A stretch of DNA of 64,000 bases from Amphiscolops sp. MND2022 (taxonomy: Eukaryota), in NCBI GenBank assembly GCA_964187785.1, contig OZ076409.1, positions 93,498,001-93,562,000 of the forward strand. Reading direction: 5' to 3'. Of this stretch, positions 39,702 through 50,100 are shown one piece after another. The notes under the pieces were generated by a model. It did no database searches, was not told the origin of the DNA, and was given only the letters and a program-made list of their open reading frames with translations. The translations under genes were made by a program, and so were the position numbers. Positions within the stretch are counted from its first letter, which is position 1. Every line of letters begins with the position of its first letter.

Positions 39702-42272
39702 CTAGGTGGGGTTAAATTTTATGAAGACTTTAGCAGGGCTTTCCGGTATAGTTATTATATTCGGCAATACTGGGTCATAGTCCTGAGAATTAATATCGTT
39801 GATAGTAGTTGGGTGTGTCTTTTGCGGTGATTGAAATGTTGAATTCTTACTGGAATATTTAGGAGGTAAATAAGGGGAGTCATTATCAGAGTATTTTCTT
39901 TTTACATCTTTTTCCGGCAATAGGATATTATCATTTTCACTTGTTGTGATTTTATGTTTAGTATATATCCGTTTTCGTTTTCCTGTATTGTTTAAATCGG
40001 TAACCATTTCCGATGTAACTATATTAAAAAATCCATGGGCTATTGAACTCAAAATGGAAATGTTGCTTTGGAGATTATATTTTATACTAATTGTTCTATA
40101 AAATTTGAGTAAGAATGTTAAAATTTCTCTAATGAAAAGAAATGTTGAAAAATAAATTCCACATTGTGTTAAAACATAGCATGGATATCCAAAGAAATTA
40201 ATGAATGCTTGACTAAACCAGTCGGGGTTAAAAAGTGGTAAAAGATTTAACAAGTGGTCGTGTACTCCAATCCTTAAATGATTATAAGGATTATGTCCTG
40301 AGTATGAATGTTTATCATTATGTACTGAAATAAAATCATAGCTCAATGATTTTCCAAGTAATTGAAGGGTTGTGTCTGAATGTTTAGCAAATAATACTCT
40401 GTTCCAGAATTGATCTAATTCTGCATTTGAGTATATACCAGCATCTTGGGCGGTGAATGTATTAGGAGTAATTGTTGTTTTAATTTGGGTAGGTTTAAAC
40501 ATTTGTGGAGCTTCTCGTTTAAGTGGTTCTGGTGTTAACACATAAAAATCTCCGTCATTTGAGTCTGGGTCCAATTCGATTATATTTTGTGGATTATTTC
40601 CACATTCAATTGGTGTGGCATAGTTAAAAGTTTGTCTTGTTATAGGATCAACATACATTATTGTTTCTCTATAATGTATGGGAATTCTATCAAAGCATTT
40701 ATCTGCCTTGTATAGTGGGGATATAAAATGAGGGCAATCATACAGCCATGCTGTAGATCCTTCAACGTAAAGAAAGTTACTACGATTTCCAGTTAAAAGA
40801 AAACCGGCTAATTGAGGGTTTTTAACTGACATAGCTAAGATTGTTAACAATTGAGTTCTTTCTAGTTCACATATAGTATGAAGAGTGTTTAGTTCTTGTA
40901 CTGTCATGGATTTGAATACATGATTTATTGTAAAATCAATTTTTGTATTTATGTGGGCATCATAATCTAAAGTGGCGAAATTGTTTGATATATTCAATGC
41001 GGGGAATATATACTTTTTATTTGAGTTATCATATTTTATGTTTCCACTAATTGTTTGATCGATTATTGAGTGTGGTTTGGGTAATCCTGTGTTCATATCA
41101 AAACCATCTAAATATGTAACAAAAATATCATCATATTGTGTTGAGAATAATGGCTCAGGTTTTCCACAAAAGGTTTGTGCAATTGGGTATATTTCAAATC
41201 GAGAAAGACTTGGATTGCTTATTTTCGATTGTGGTGTTTTCACATTGGGATATCGTGTCCCTTGTATTCCTTCGGTTTGGAGTTTTTGTGTGATATTTGA
41301 AGTTTCAATAAAGGTATCGGTTTCTATCCAATATCTATCTTTGATTCGTGTCATTCTACCAATAAATTCTTGAAGTTGAAATATGAGACAAAATTTTTCA
41401 TCAAACCATGTTAATGTATAAGGAGTTTTAGTTGTTGGTTTACAAAATCCATCTGAATGGTAGCATGGTAATATATGTCCATCATGTATTAATTGATTGT
41501 TTTTGTCGTCATAGTCTATTGCAGTATTAACAATTCTAAGTTTCCAACTTTGTCGGGTAATTAAATGTTCTCGGTCTGATCGACATCTAGAGTATGTGTT
41601 TTGTGTAACATTAACTATCCAGTCGGGATAATTTTCATCAAATACGAAGGTTCCAATATGCCATGTATTTAATTTTGTTACTCTAAATGGTGTTTGGATT
41701 CGTTCAATTGTGTTTTGATAGTTACTATCGCCGAATAATGAGAAAGAGCTTTGTATATTGTAATTGTTTAATATTTCGCTATCAGTCGCGTTTAAATATC
41801 TTATCATATTTTTGCATTCAATAGGGTCCAATATTTTTGGAAGTTCTAATGTGTTTTGTCCCCATTGTAAACGATCATATCGTCTACTAGATGTAAATGT
41901 TTGTGAACACCAGACTTTTTCAGTCTTTATGTATGCTTCACATTTAAAGGCTTTTATTCTTTTGGCTTTTGCTCTAACATAAACTGTTGCTTGGGTTTTT
42001 GCGTGTTGTATATCTGAGGGTGCTTGTTTACATGGTTCAACATTTAGTAAACTAAACTGTCTTAAATTATTTTGTTTTGCACAATCATAATGGGATACCA
42101 TTAAGTTTAAAATGTTAGGATCTTGATCTGAGATATGGTTTTCAGGATTTGTTGTGTCAACTTTAGGAACATTTGAAGAATAAACTAAGGAGAGAACTGT
42201 ATGAATTATATATGTGTATTTGATAGCTTGTATTATACTCAGTAAATAAAAGGGAAAGATGATTTGGTTCAT
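39702..42272 (-). CDS. env: Envelope glycoprotein, chuvirus-G / herpes-gB-like (class III fusogen), 856 aa
   Basis: Hydrophobic N-terminal leader, Cys-rich ectodomain (YDC..EPC; KCEAY..WC; IECKNM; LPCYHSDGFC; ICELER..NPQLAG..EGSTAWLYDCP..CFDRIPI..YVDPITR..TPIEC), C-terminal TM segment (GYPCYVLTQCGIYFSTFLFI) and a basic cytoplasmic tail. Confidence 0.85.
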   Translation of the reverse strand: MNQIIFPFYLLSIIQAIKYTYIIHTVLSLVYSSNVPKVDTTNPENHISDQDPNILNLMVSHYDCAKQNNLRQFSLLNVEPCKQAPSDIQHAKTQATVYVRAKAKRIKAFKCEAYIKTEKVWCSQTFTSSRRYDRLQWGQNTLELPKILDPIECKNMIRYLNATDSEILNNYNIQSSFSLFGDSNYQNTIERIQTPFRVTKLNTWHIGTFVFDENYPDWIVNVTQNTYSRCRSDREHLITRQSWKLRIVNTAIDYDDKNNQLIHDGHILPCYHSDGFCKPTTKTPYTLTWFDEKFCLIFQLQEFIGRMTRIKDRYWIETDTFIETSNITQKLQTEGIQGTRYPNVKTPQSKISNPSLSRFEIYPIAQTFCGKPEPLFSTQYDDIFVTYLDGFDMNTGLPKPHSIIDQTISGNIKYDNSNKKYIFPALNISNNFATLDYDAHINTKIDFTINHVFKSMTVQELNTLHTICELERTQLLTILAMSVKNPQLAGFLLTGNRSNFLYVEGSTAWLYDCPHFISPLYKADKCFDRIPIHYRETIMYVDPITRQTFNYATPIECGNNPQNIIELDPDSNDGDFYVLTPEPLKREAPQMFKPTQIKTTITPNTFTAQDAGIYSNAELDQFWNRVLFAKHSDTTLQLLGKSLSYDFISVHNDKHSYSGHNPYNHLRIGVHDHLLNLLPLFNPDWFSQAFINFFGYPCYVLTQCGIYFSTFLFIREILTFLLKFYRTISIKYNLQSNISILSSIAHGFFNIVTSEMVTDLNNTGKRKRIYTKHKITTSENDNILLPEKDVKRKYSDNDSPYLPPKYSSKNSTFQSPQKTHPTTINDINSQDYDPVLPNIITIPESPAKVFIKFNPT

Positions 42273-42301
42273 TGTTAAAGTACCAGTTAATATTTCTATA
42301 G

Positions 42302-43774
42302 TTAAAATATTGTTCTATAATTAAGTCCGGAGTAAGGATTAAAAAAGTTTATATGTCCCGTTCTAATTTCGGGTAGGTCTGCGTCACAAAGATAAGAAAT
42401 GGAAGTGACTATGAATGGTGATGGAGTTGTTTTGTGTGCTACTCTTGTTGAAAGGGAAAACGGATGAGGTCCTAAAGAGTTGAAAGTTACTTCTACTTCA
42501 AATTTTAATGTGAGTTGTTGTTCTTGTAATCTTCTTAATTCTCTTTGTTTTCTTTGAGTTGAGAGTGAGCTGTTATTTATAAATCTTACAGGTAAGACTG
42601 TATATCGAGGATCTTCGTGTAACGTACGGACAATTTTTGAGTTAACACGAATGGGATATTCGTGAGGGTTTGGTGTTGGAGGTCTTGAAAAATCTTCTAG
42701 AAAATATTCAGGTAATTGAATAGAAGAGTTTGATGCAATTGAACTGGGTGAATAAACTCGTGAGAAATTAGCTGCGGTATCTGATATAGTTGCTGGGTCT
42801 TCAGATATAAGAGAAGCTGTTTCAAATCCTGATGTGATTTGAAATGGTAGTGACAAGGAAGATGGTATAGTAGGTTGAGATGAGGAAAGAGAAGAAGTGT
42901 CTAGTCTAGGTTGAGCGTGTTGTCTAAGTAGTCTGGAGTTTGTACTTGAACTTGTTAAAGATTGTAATTCTTGAGAGTTTCTCTGTTGTTGAGATCGAAG
43001 ATTATAACTATGTCTCGGTACTCTAGTACTAGCAGTGGAGTCAGAATCTTTATCTTTATTGTATAGATCTGTTAAAGAAGAAGTAGTTGAATGTACACGT
43101 TGCAATTCGAGTTTAGGATATAATTGAGAAAATGTGAATGAACTTAGTTCACTCGGTGAAGGTGTTGGGTATTGTTGTAGTTTTTCTGTTGGTGCTTTTA
43201 ATGAAGGTTCTGGTAAAAATGTTATTGGAGTGTTACTTGATGATGGTAAATTAGGGTTTTGTGTTAATGTAGGTAAAGGAGGTTTTCTTTTTGTTTTTGT
43301 TGCTGTAGGTATTTTATGTGGACAAGTATTTATGTATTGTAATACTGAACTTGGATCAGGAATATGAACAGAACGAGTAGTAGTAATTGGTGGAAGAGGA
43401 GGTCTATTTAAGATATTTGAGGTATCTTGTGTATTTGGTGTTGTAAGTGATTCATCACTATAGGTAGAAGCTGGTGAATTTGTTTCTTCAAATGTTTGAT
43501 TTCTTGAGATAGGTTGCGGTTGAGTTGGAGTTATAGGTGTATTGGTGGGTGTTGTTGGTGCTCTATCAGGAGTATATGGAGCAGATGGGCTAGGATTTGA
43601 GGATGAGGAATCCAGTATGTCTGTATCTGTATCTAAATATGCTGTATATTCAGGTAATCTTTGGAGTGAATGTGTTGAACTAGAAGATGAGTTATTTGTA
43701 GTTGATGATGGTGAGTGAATATGTCTATCAATCTTGAAATTTTTGTTATGGTAGTTTGGTTTAATTATAAAAGT
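42302..43774 (-). CDS. Met-less Pro/Ser/Thr-rich ORF between pol and env (~490 codons)
   Basis: The frame of ORF 42302-43105 stays open upstream to a TAA at 43775-43777 (translated by hand); no ATG in frame; contains PSAP, LYPKL and two LPEY. Confidence 0.7.
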   Translation of the reverse strand, partial: TFIIKPNYHNKNFKIDRHIHSPSSTTNNSSSSSTHSLQRLPEYTAYLDTDTDILDSSSSNPSPSAPYTPDRAPTTPTNTPITPTQPQPISRNQTFEETNSPASTYSDESLTTPNTQDTSNILNRPPLPPITTTRSVHIPDPSSVLQYINTCPHKIPTATKTKRKPPLPTLTQNPNLPSSSNTPITFLPEPSLKAPTEKLQQYPTPSPSELSSFTFSQLYPKLELQRVHSTTSSLTDLYNKDKDSDSTASTRVPRHSYNLRSQQQRNSQELQSLTSSSTNSRLLRQHAQPRLDTSSLSSSQPTIPSSLSLPFQITSGFETASLISEDPATISDTAANFSRVYSPSSIASNSSIQLPEYFLEDFSRPPTPNPHEYPIRVNSKIVRTLHEDPRYTVLPVRFINNSSLSTQRKQRELRRLQEQQLTLKFEVEVTFNSLGPHPFSLSTRVAHKTTPSPFIVTSISYLCDADLPEIRTGHINFFNPYSGLNYRTIF

Positions 43775-43895
43775 TTATTTTCGAATTTCTTTCGTGTATT
43801 ATCACTTGTGAAATACTTTTCATTCAATTCCACATTAATCTTCAAGCTTTCTCTTCCAAAAAACTTTTCTATGTATTTTTCCTGTATTCCGTATT

Positions 43896-44157
43896 TCAGC
43901 AGGAATTTTGAGAAAGTGAATTTATATCATTTTCACCAAGAAAGAGTCGATAATCTTTTCTTGGTTGTGGGCGGAAATTGTATCTATTAGAGGAGTGTCT
44001 TCGAGGATTAATAAAATTGTCATAGTCATGAATATCTGATTGGTTATCTAAGCTGATATTTTGAGGGATTTGTTCTTTTTGTTGGTACGGAAATGAAGAA
44101 TAATGACTGAATGGTTCTGATTGGAAGTCAATTGTGGATGGTATATCCGTTTTTTTT
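43896..44157 (-). CDS. Frameshifted C-terminal tail of element C pol
   Basis: After the T8 run at 44150-44157 another frame reads KKTDIPST...RYNFRPQPRKDY, resembling the RYxLR-type ending of Gypsy integrases. Confidence 0.6.
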
Positions 44158-47100
44158 ATTAGATGTTGTGGAATAAAATTGATCTTCGTCGCTAGATTGA
44201 TTTTCATCGGAATTAGTTGTTTGATTGTTTATATTTGAATGGCTATCATTGAATAACTGTGGATTATACTGTTGTAAGAAGGGGAAAATAGTTGGTTCCT
44301 TTGGGTAATAAGGAATTAAATGATTTCTATGTATGTGAGATGTATACCCATCTTGGCTAACAATTTCATATGTTATGTCGGAAATTTTATTAATAATTTT
44401 GAATGGTCCAATTCGAAGAGGTTTTAATTTGTCTGAAAAATGAACATGGAGGAAATTTCTTTTTAGTACAAATGTACCAATATCCAAAGGTCTCGGATTG
44501 TGGTATGTTTTGTTAAAATAAGCGTAGGAATTTATTTTTCTTTTTGTGTTTTCATATACTGTATGGTATATTTGTATCATAGCAGTTTCAGTAGCTAAGA
44601 TCCATTGTGGTATTGGTTTAGATAGAATTTTATGAAAGAAAGGGTTTAAGTTTGATTTATCATAGTGTGTATGAAGTGGTAATTCTTGACAATATTGAGA
44701 AGTACAATTTCTATATGTATCTCTGTGAAGGTTAAGTTCAAAATTGATAGGAATTCTTGGTATAGTATGAAATACTATTTCATATGGAGATAAGTTGATT
44801 TCAGAAAGTGGTTGTGAATTATGTGCATAAGCATACATGTGAACTTGAGTAGACCAGTTTTCCGGAGTATTATGTAAAAAAAGTCTGAGATGAGTTCCAA
44901 GATTTCTGTTTTGATTTTCAACTAGACCATTAGTCCATGGTGCATAAGGAGTTCTTGGTGAATGTCTAATTCCCATTGTGGTACAAAGATTTGCAAATTC
45001 TGAGTTGATATATTCTGTTCCACGGTCGGTAACTAAATATACAGGAGGTCCGAATTTTGTTATCCAATGATGTAGTAATGAGTTAACAGCATTTTGAGCA
45101 TTGTTTTGTTTTATTGGTACTGTTACTACAAAGTGGCTAAAAGCGTCAACTATAACATGAATGTATGAATTTTGGTTTGATGGTGGATTTATAGGTCCTT
45201 TTGTATCCATTGATATTCTGTAATTGAAGTATGAAGCGTTTTCTGAGAATGTTTGTACTGATGCAGTTTGTAGTTTTTGGTTAATATGTTTATTTTGTTG
45301 ACATTCGATACAATCATGAATGAATATTGACATCCATTTATTCAAGTAGGGTATGAAGTAAAATTGGTTAAAAGCTTTGATGGATATTTTTATTCCTGAA
45401 TGTCCATGGGCGTGAAGTTTGTTGAAAGCTGCGTAAAAGAGTTTAAATGGTAGACATATTTTGTCTCTTTGATTTGGATTGGAATCGTGAAGATTAGGGT
45501 AGTCTATGTGGATAATTTTTGTATCATGGTTAATGTATAATTGATTGAAAATTTTATAATATACTAATAAGAAAGAATTAGCTGCAATTGTTGGATCTAT
45601 TTGTGAAGGTCTTTCATTATTAAGAATCCATTGATAAACTTTTTGTAAAACAGTGTCTTGGTTTTGTTGGGTTTTTATTGTTTCAATGGTTATTTGTGTA
45701 TTTTCTGGTAGAAAAAAATAATTAAAATATTTTTTGTATTTGAAGAAGGACGGGTCAAAAAATGGAACTTGTTGTTTACAGTAATCAGATTTAGTTGGAT
45801 ATTGTATAGCAAATGTATGTTCTTTTGTTTGGTATTGAACATTATTAGATTGAGTTGGTTCATCTTCATCACTGAGAATATCAGTATCATTAAGAATTGT
45901 CGATTGTTGTAAAAGAGATTTTGCTTGATTTTTTGTAGGCCTTTTATACTTTGATTCAAATGGAACAATAGATTGAAAAGAGAATGAGTCTAAAGGCTTT
46001 ATGTGAATATCTTCTCCTTTGTTATTAATGCGGATTGAGAATTGGTCGTCTCCATAATCAGCAAGGATAGGATGACAGTCATTCTTCTGGTTATATTTAA
46101 TTTCTTCATGCTTTACTAGATAATGTACTGGTTTGATTTGATTGTCTTTCAAGATAGAGAATTCTATTTGAGGTGGTAATTGTTTGTGACGTAATTGATG
46201 TACTTGTAATTGTTCTTTTGTAAAGGTTCGTGAAAGCATATCTGCTACAGTTAAGTTTTTTCCAGGTGTATGAATGATTTTCAGTTTGGAGAATTTGGTT
46301 AGTTGCATTTGTGCTCTATAGAATCTAGGACTAAGATTTCCTTTCTTTGCGAAACAATGTAGTAAAGGTTTGTGATCTGTAAAAAGGTATATAGGATGAG
46401 GGGATCCGATGATCAAAAATTCATATATTTGTAATGCGTAAACTATTGCGAGGAGTTCTCTGTCTAAAGTTGAAAGCTTTTGTTCTTGTGTGTTAAGAAT
46501 TCTTGAGTTATAAGAGATTACTTTCATTTTGTTTTCTTCGTTCATTTGGAATAAGACTGCGCCTAAACCAACTAACGAGGCATCTACTGTTATGAAAAAT
46601 GGATTTGTTGTATTGGGTATTGTTAATTCAGTGTCTGCTGTCATTGCATTTTTAACATTTTGAAATATTGCTTCCAATTCAGGTGTCCATTGGAATTTAA
46701 CGTCGTCATGCAATAGTGTATACAATGGTTTAAGATTTATATGAAGTTTTTCAATGAACTTTGAATAGAAATTAACACTGCCAAGAAATTGCATAACATC
46801 TTTCTTTTCTTTTGGTGATGGAATTCGTTTAATAGCTTCGATTTTGGATGGAATTGGTTTGATGGTATTGTTGCCAATTTCATGTCCAAGGAATTTGACT
46901 TTGAGTAACATATAAAATGATTTTTCGGGTGCAAGTTTAAGATTTTCTCTAGATGCTATTATATGTAATTCTTTTATAAGTTCAAACATTTCTTGTTTTT
47001 CATTAGCGAGTAGTAAAATATCATCGATATAAACTAATGCAGAACGTTTGTCTATAAGTGATCTGAAGAAAGTTGACATTTGTTTTGTGAAAAAGTTTGG

Positions 47101-50100
47101 AAGTCCTTTTAATCCATAGAATCCACGGATAAAGGCATATAGTTTGTCACCTGATGAGAATCCTGTAAGTTTAATTGTTTCTTCGTCTAATGGTGTATGA
47201 GCATATGCATACATTAGATCAATGGTTGATTTGTATTTTTTATTAGCTCTTGCTAACTGAGGAGCCAAAGGTTCAATAGGCCAAGATTCAAGTTCTTGGT
47301 TGGTGTTTGAGTTTAAATGTCTTGCATCTAAAACTACCTTTATTGAATCTCCTTTTGGGATAATTATTAGAGGATTTAAAAATGTTGTTCCAATTGTATG
47401 TTTTTCATCTGTCTTTGAACCAATTTGTTTGATTATATTGTATTTTTCGAGTTCTTGTAAAAGTTTATTTAGTCTATCTCTATAATGAATTGGTACTTTA
47501 GAAGGTCTTTGTGTGTGAAGTTTACAATTGTCTTTTATTCTAATTCGAAAGGGAGTAGAAATTTTTCCTACATCGTTTTTATGTTTGGCGTAGCAATGTT
47601 GATTATTGATTAAAATATTACACAGGTTCACATATTCAGTGTCAGTTAAATCTGAGTATTCAAAGTTAAACTTTTTTATAAATTGTTGATTCTCTGTAGA
47701 ATAGGGTAAAGGAGGAAAATCTTTTCGAATTTTATCTGAGGGTTGAAGGTTTCCAATAACAGAAGGAATAGGAAGTTGAAGTGTTTTATCCTTTATTTCT
47801 ATCTTGTTTATTTCTAATAGAGACTGTGGTGTTACTCTAGTGCATAAGTTCATATCTGTATATGGATTTGGTTTAATCGGAGTTGTGATATCAGGATGAT
47901 ACGCATGTATTACAGAGTGAATGAGTGAGTTTACATCATGAACTCTATAGTGAGAAGGAGTTGTTTGAGTAATAGGTATTTCTATGTATCCAATGATTCC
48001 TCGTGGTAATGTAGCTGGTTGAGATGTAAAGTTTTGAATTATTGTTGCACAAGAGTCTTTGCTTTTGTCATTGGTCATCATGTCTAGGAAATGAAAGATA
48101 TTTTTGAATTTTTGTAAAAAATATGTATATGGATTTGTTGGATAAAATTTTGTATTGTCTTCGAGTTCAAAGTGTAAGTGTGAGTAGTTTTTTATTGGGA
48201 AATAAATTGTTTTTCCTGACCTTGGTTTAAAGTGAATTGGTTCTTTGCATTTAATCGTGTAAATATAAGAAATATATGGGTAATCTTTTTCTGTAAATGT
48301 AGAGAATGTAGTCTTTATTGGAAGATTTGAGTGTTGTTCTTTGTAAGTCATAACGTTTTGTTGAAAATCTATATTTTGGATGTGGTTTTTGAAAAAAGGT
48401 GTTCCAAGGATATTGTATTTAATATTGGCTACGGCGAAATCAATATTGAAGGATCGCGTTTGATGATTTACTTCAGTGAAACAGGTTATTGAAATATAAT
48501 GTATTATTGGTACTTCAGTTTGATTTGCAACTGTAAGAGTTTTGGCTCTTTGGTTTTGAAGATTGGTTGGAACATTAATGTTTAATTGTTTGGAAATTAC
48601 GTAGAATGTTGGTAAATTTAATACGGATATAGATGCTCCAGTATCTAAGAGGAATAAGATTTCTAATTTTGTGGGTAATATACTATCATTTGTTTCAGAA
48701 GCGTGAACATATAGTGGATAAAACCAACTATAAGGAGTAATTGTATTTGCTATTTCAGATGTTTGACAGGTGTGGATTTCAAATTTTGTACTATCATTGT
48801 CTTTTGTGGTTTTAACATCTACTTGATTTATTCTGTTTTGTTGTCTGTTTCTTGAGGGTGTTCTAGATCGTGATCTAAAATCTCTAGGTCTTGATGGAGA
48901 TCTATATGGGTGATTATATCGTTTAAAGGAATTTTCTTGTGATTGAGAACGTGATCTATATCTTGAGCGAGAGTTATATCTGTAGTTTGAGTTATTTCTA
49001 TATGGAGTTCTATATGGAGATCTAGATGGAGTTCTTCTTTGATAATAATTATCAAATCGAGATCTATATGGGCTTCGAGATCGATTGTAATATCGTTGTC
49101 GAGAATTAGATCGATAGTTGTTTTGCAAAGTTTCTCTACTATTACTGCGGTATCTATCGTTATTTCTATATCTATCGTTAAAGTAATTTTGATTGTATTT
49201 GTTACGATCGTTGTCTGAGGAGTAAATATTTGTATTCTTGTTTTGATTTTCTTGTGGATTATTAGGTTTACTACGAAAATATTGTACAAAGGATTGTTGA
49301 GGAGTTCGTGATCTTTGGTTATTGTGTTTATGATATTCATCGTCACGTTGTTTTTGGTAACAATTTGAAATACTATGATTATTTTTGTGACAATAGGAAC
49401 AATATTTTCTATAAGCTGGTTTGCTCTTGTTATTTGGATCTCCAGATTGAGTAACCATTATATGATCTTCATTTTCAAATTCCTTTTTACTGTTATCATC
49501 TTCAAGCGATACTTTGTTTATTTCTAGAGCTAAGTCATTAGTTCTTATTTTCTCATTGGCAATGTCTTCAGAATCAACATGTCTAACAAGTGTGTGAAAT
49601 GGTATCGAAGGTTCAAGTAATGTTGATACATGTTTAACTTGTCTTTTATGGGCAAAATCTTTTAATTTTTTTGGTAATCCTTTTGTGAAGATTTCATTAT
49701 TTTTAAGGTTTATTGTAGCTGCATTTTCATTACACCATCCTTTTTTAACTAATTGTTGTACTCTAAGAGCAAAATGGCGTACTGTCTCATTGTCCTTTTT
49801 CATGAGTGACATAGCTTCTACTTGGGCGTAGTAAGCTGTTTTTTGAGATGAAAATTGTTTTTTGAATAGTTGTACAAAGGAATTCCATTGTTGTTTATAA
49901 GATATATGAAGGTTTGTATACCAATCGAGAGCTGTTCCAGTTAATGAACATTGGATGTAAGCCATGCGTCTATTGTGCCAATATTTGTATTTTATAGGAT
50001 TATTTTGAGGTTCTTCGCCTATGGCAAAGGTTAATCTAGCTTCGACTTGTTGTAAATATTCTTCTGGAGTATAAGAATGATCTAAACCATCAAAAGGTTT

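Noticed and set aside
44128..44160. Programmed frameshift at the pol C-terminus
   Set aside because: It falls in an 8-nt homopolymer; an indel or sequencing error is the simpler explanation.
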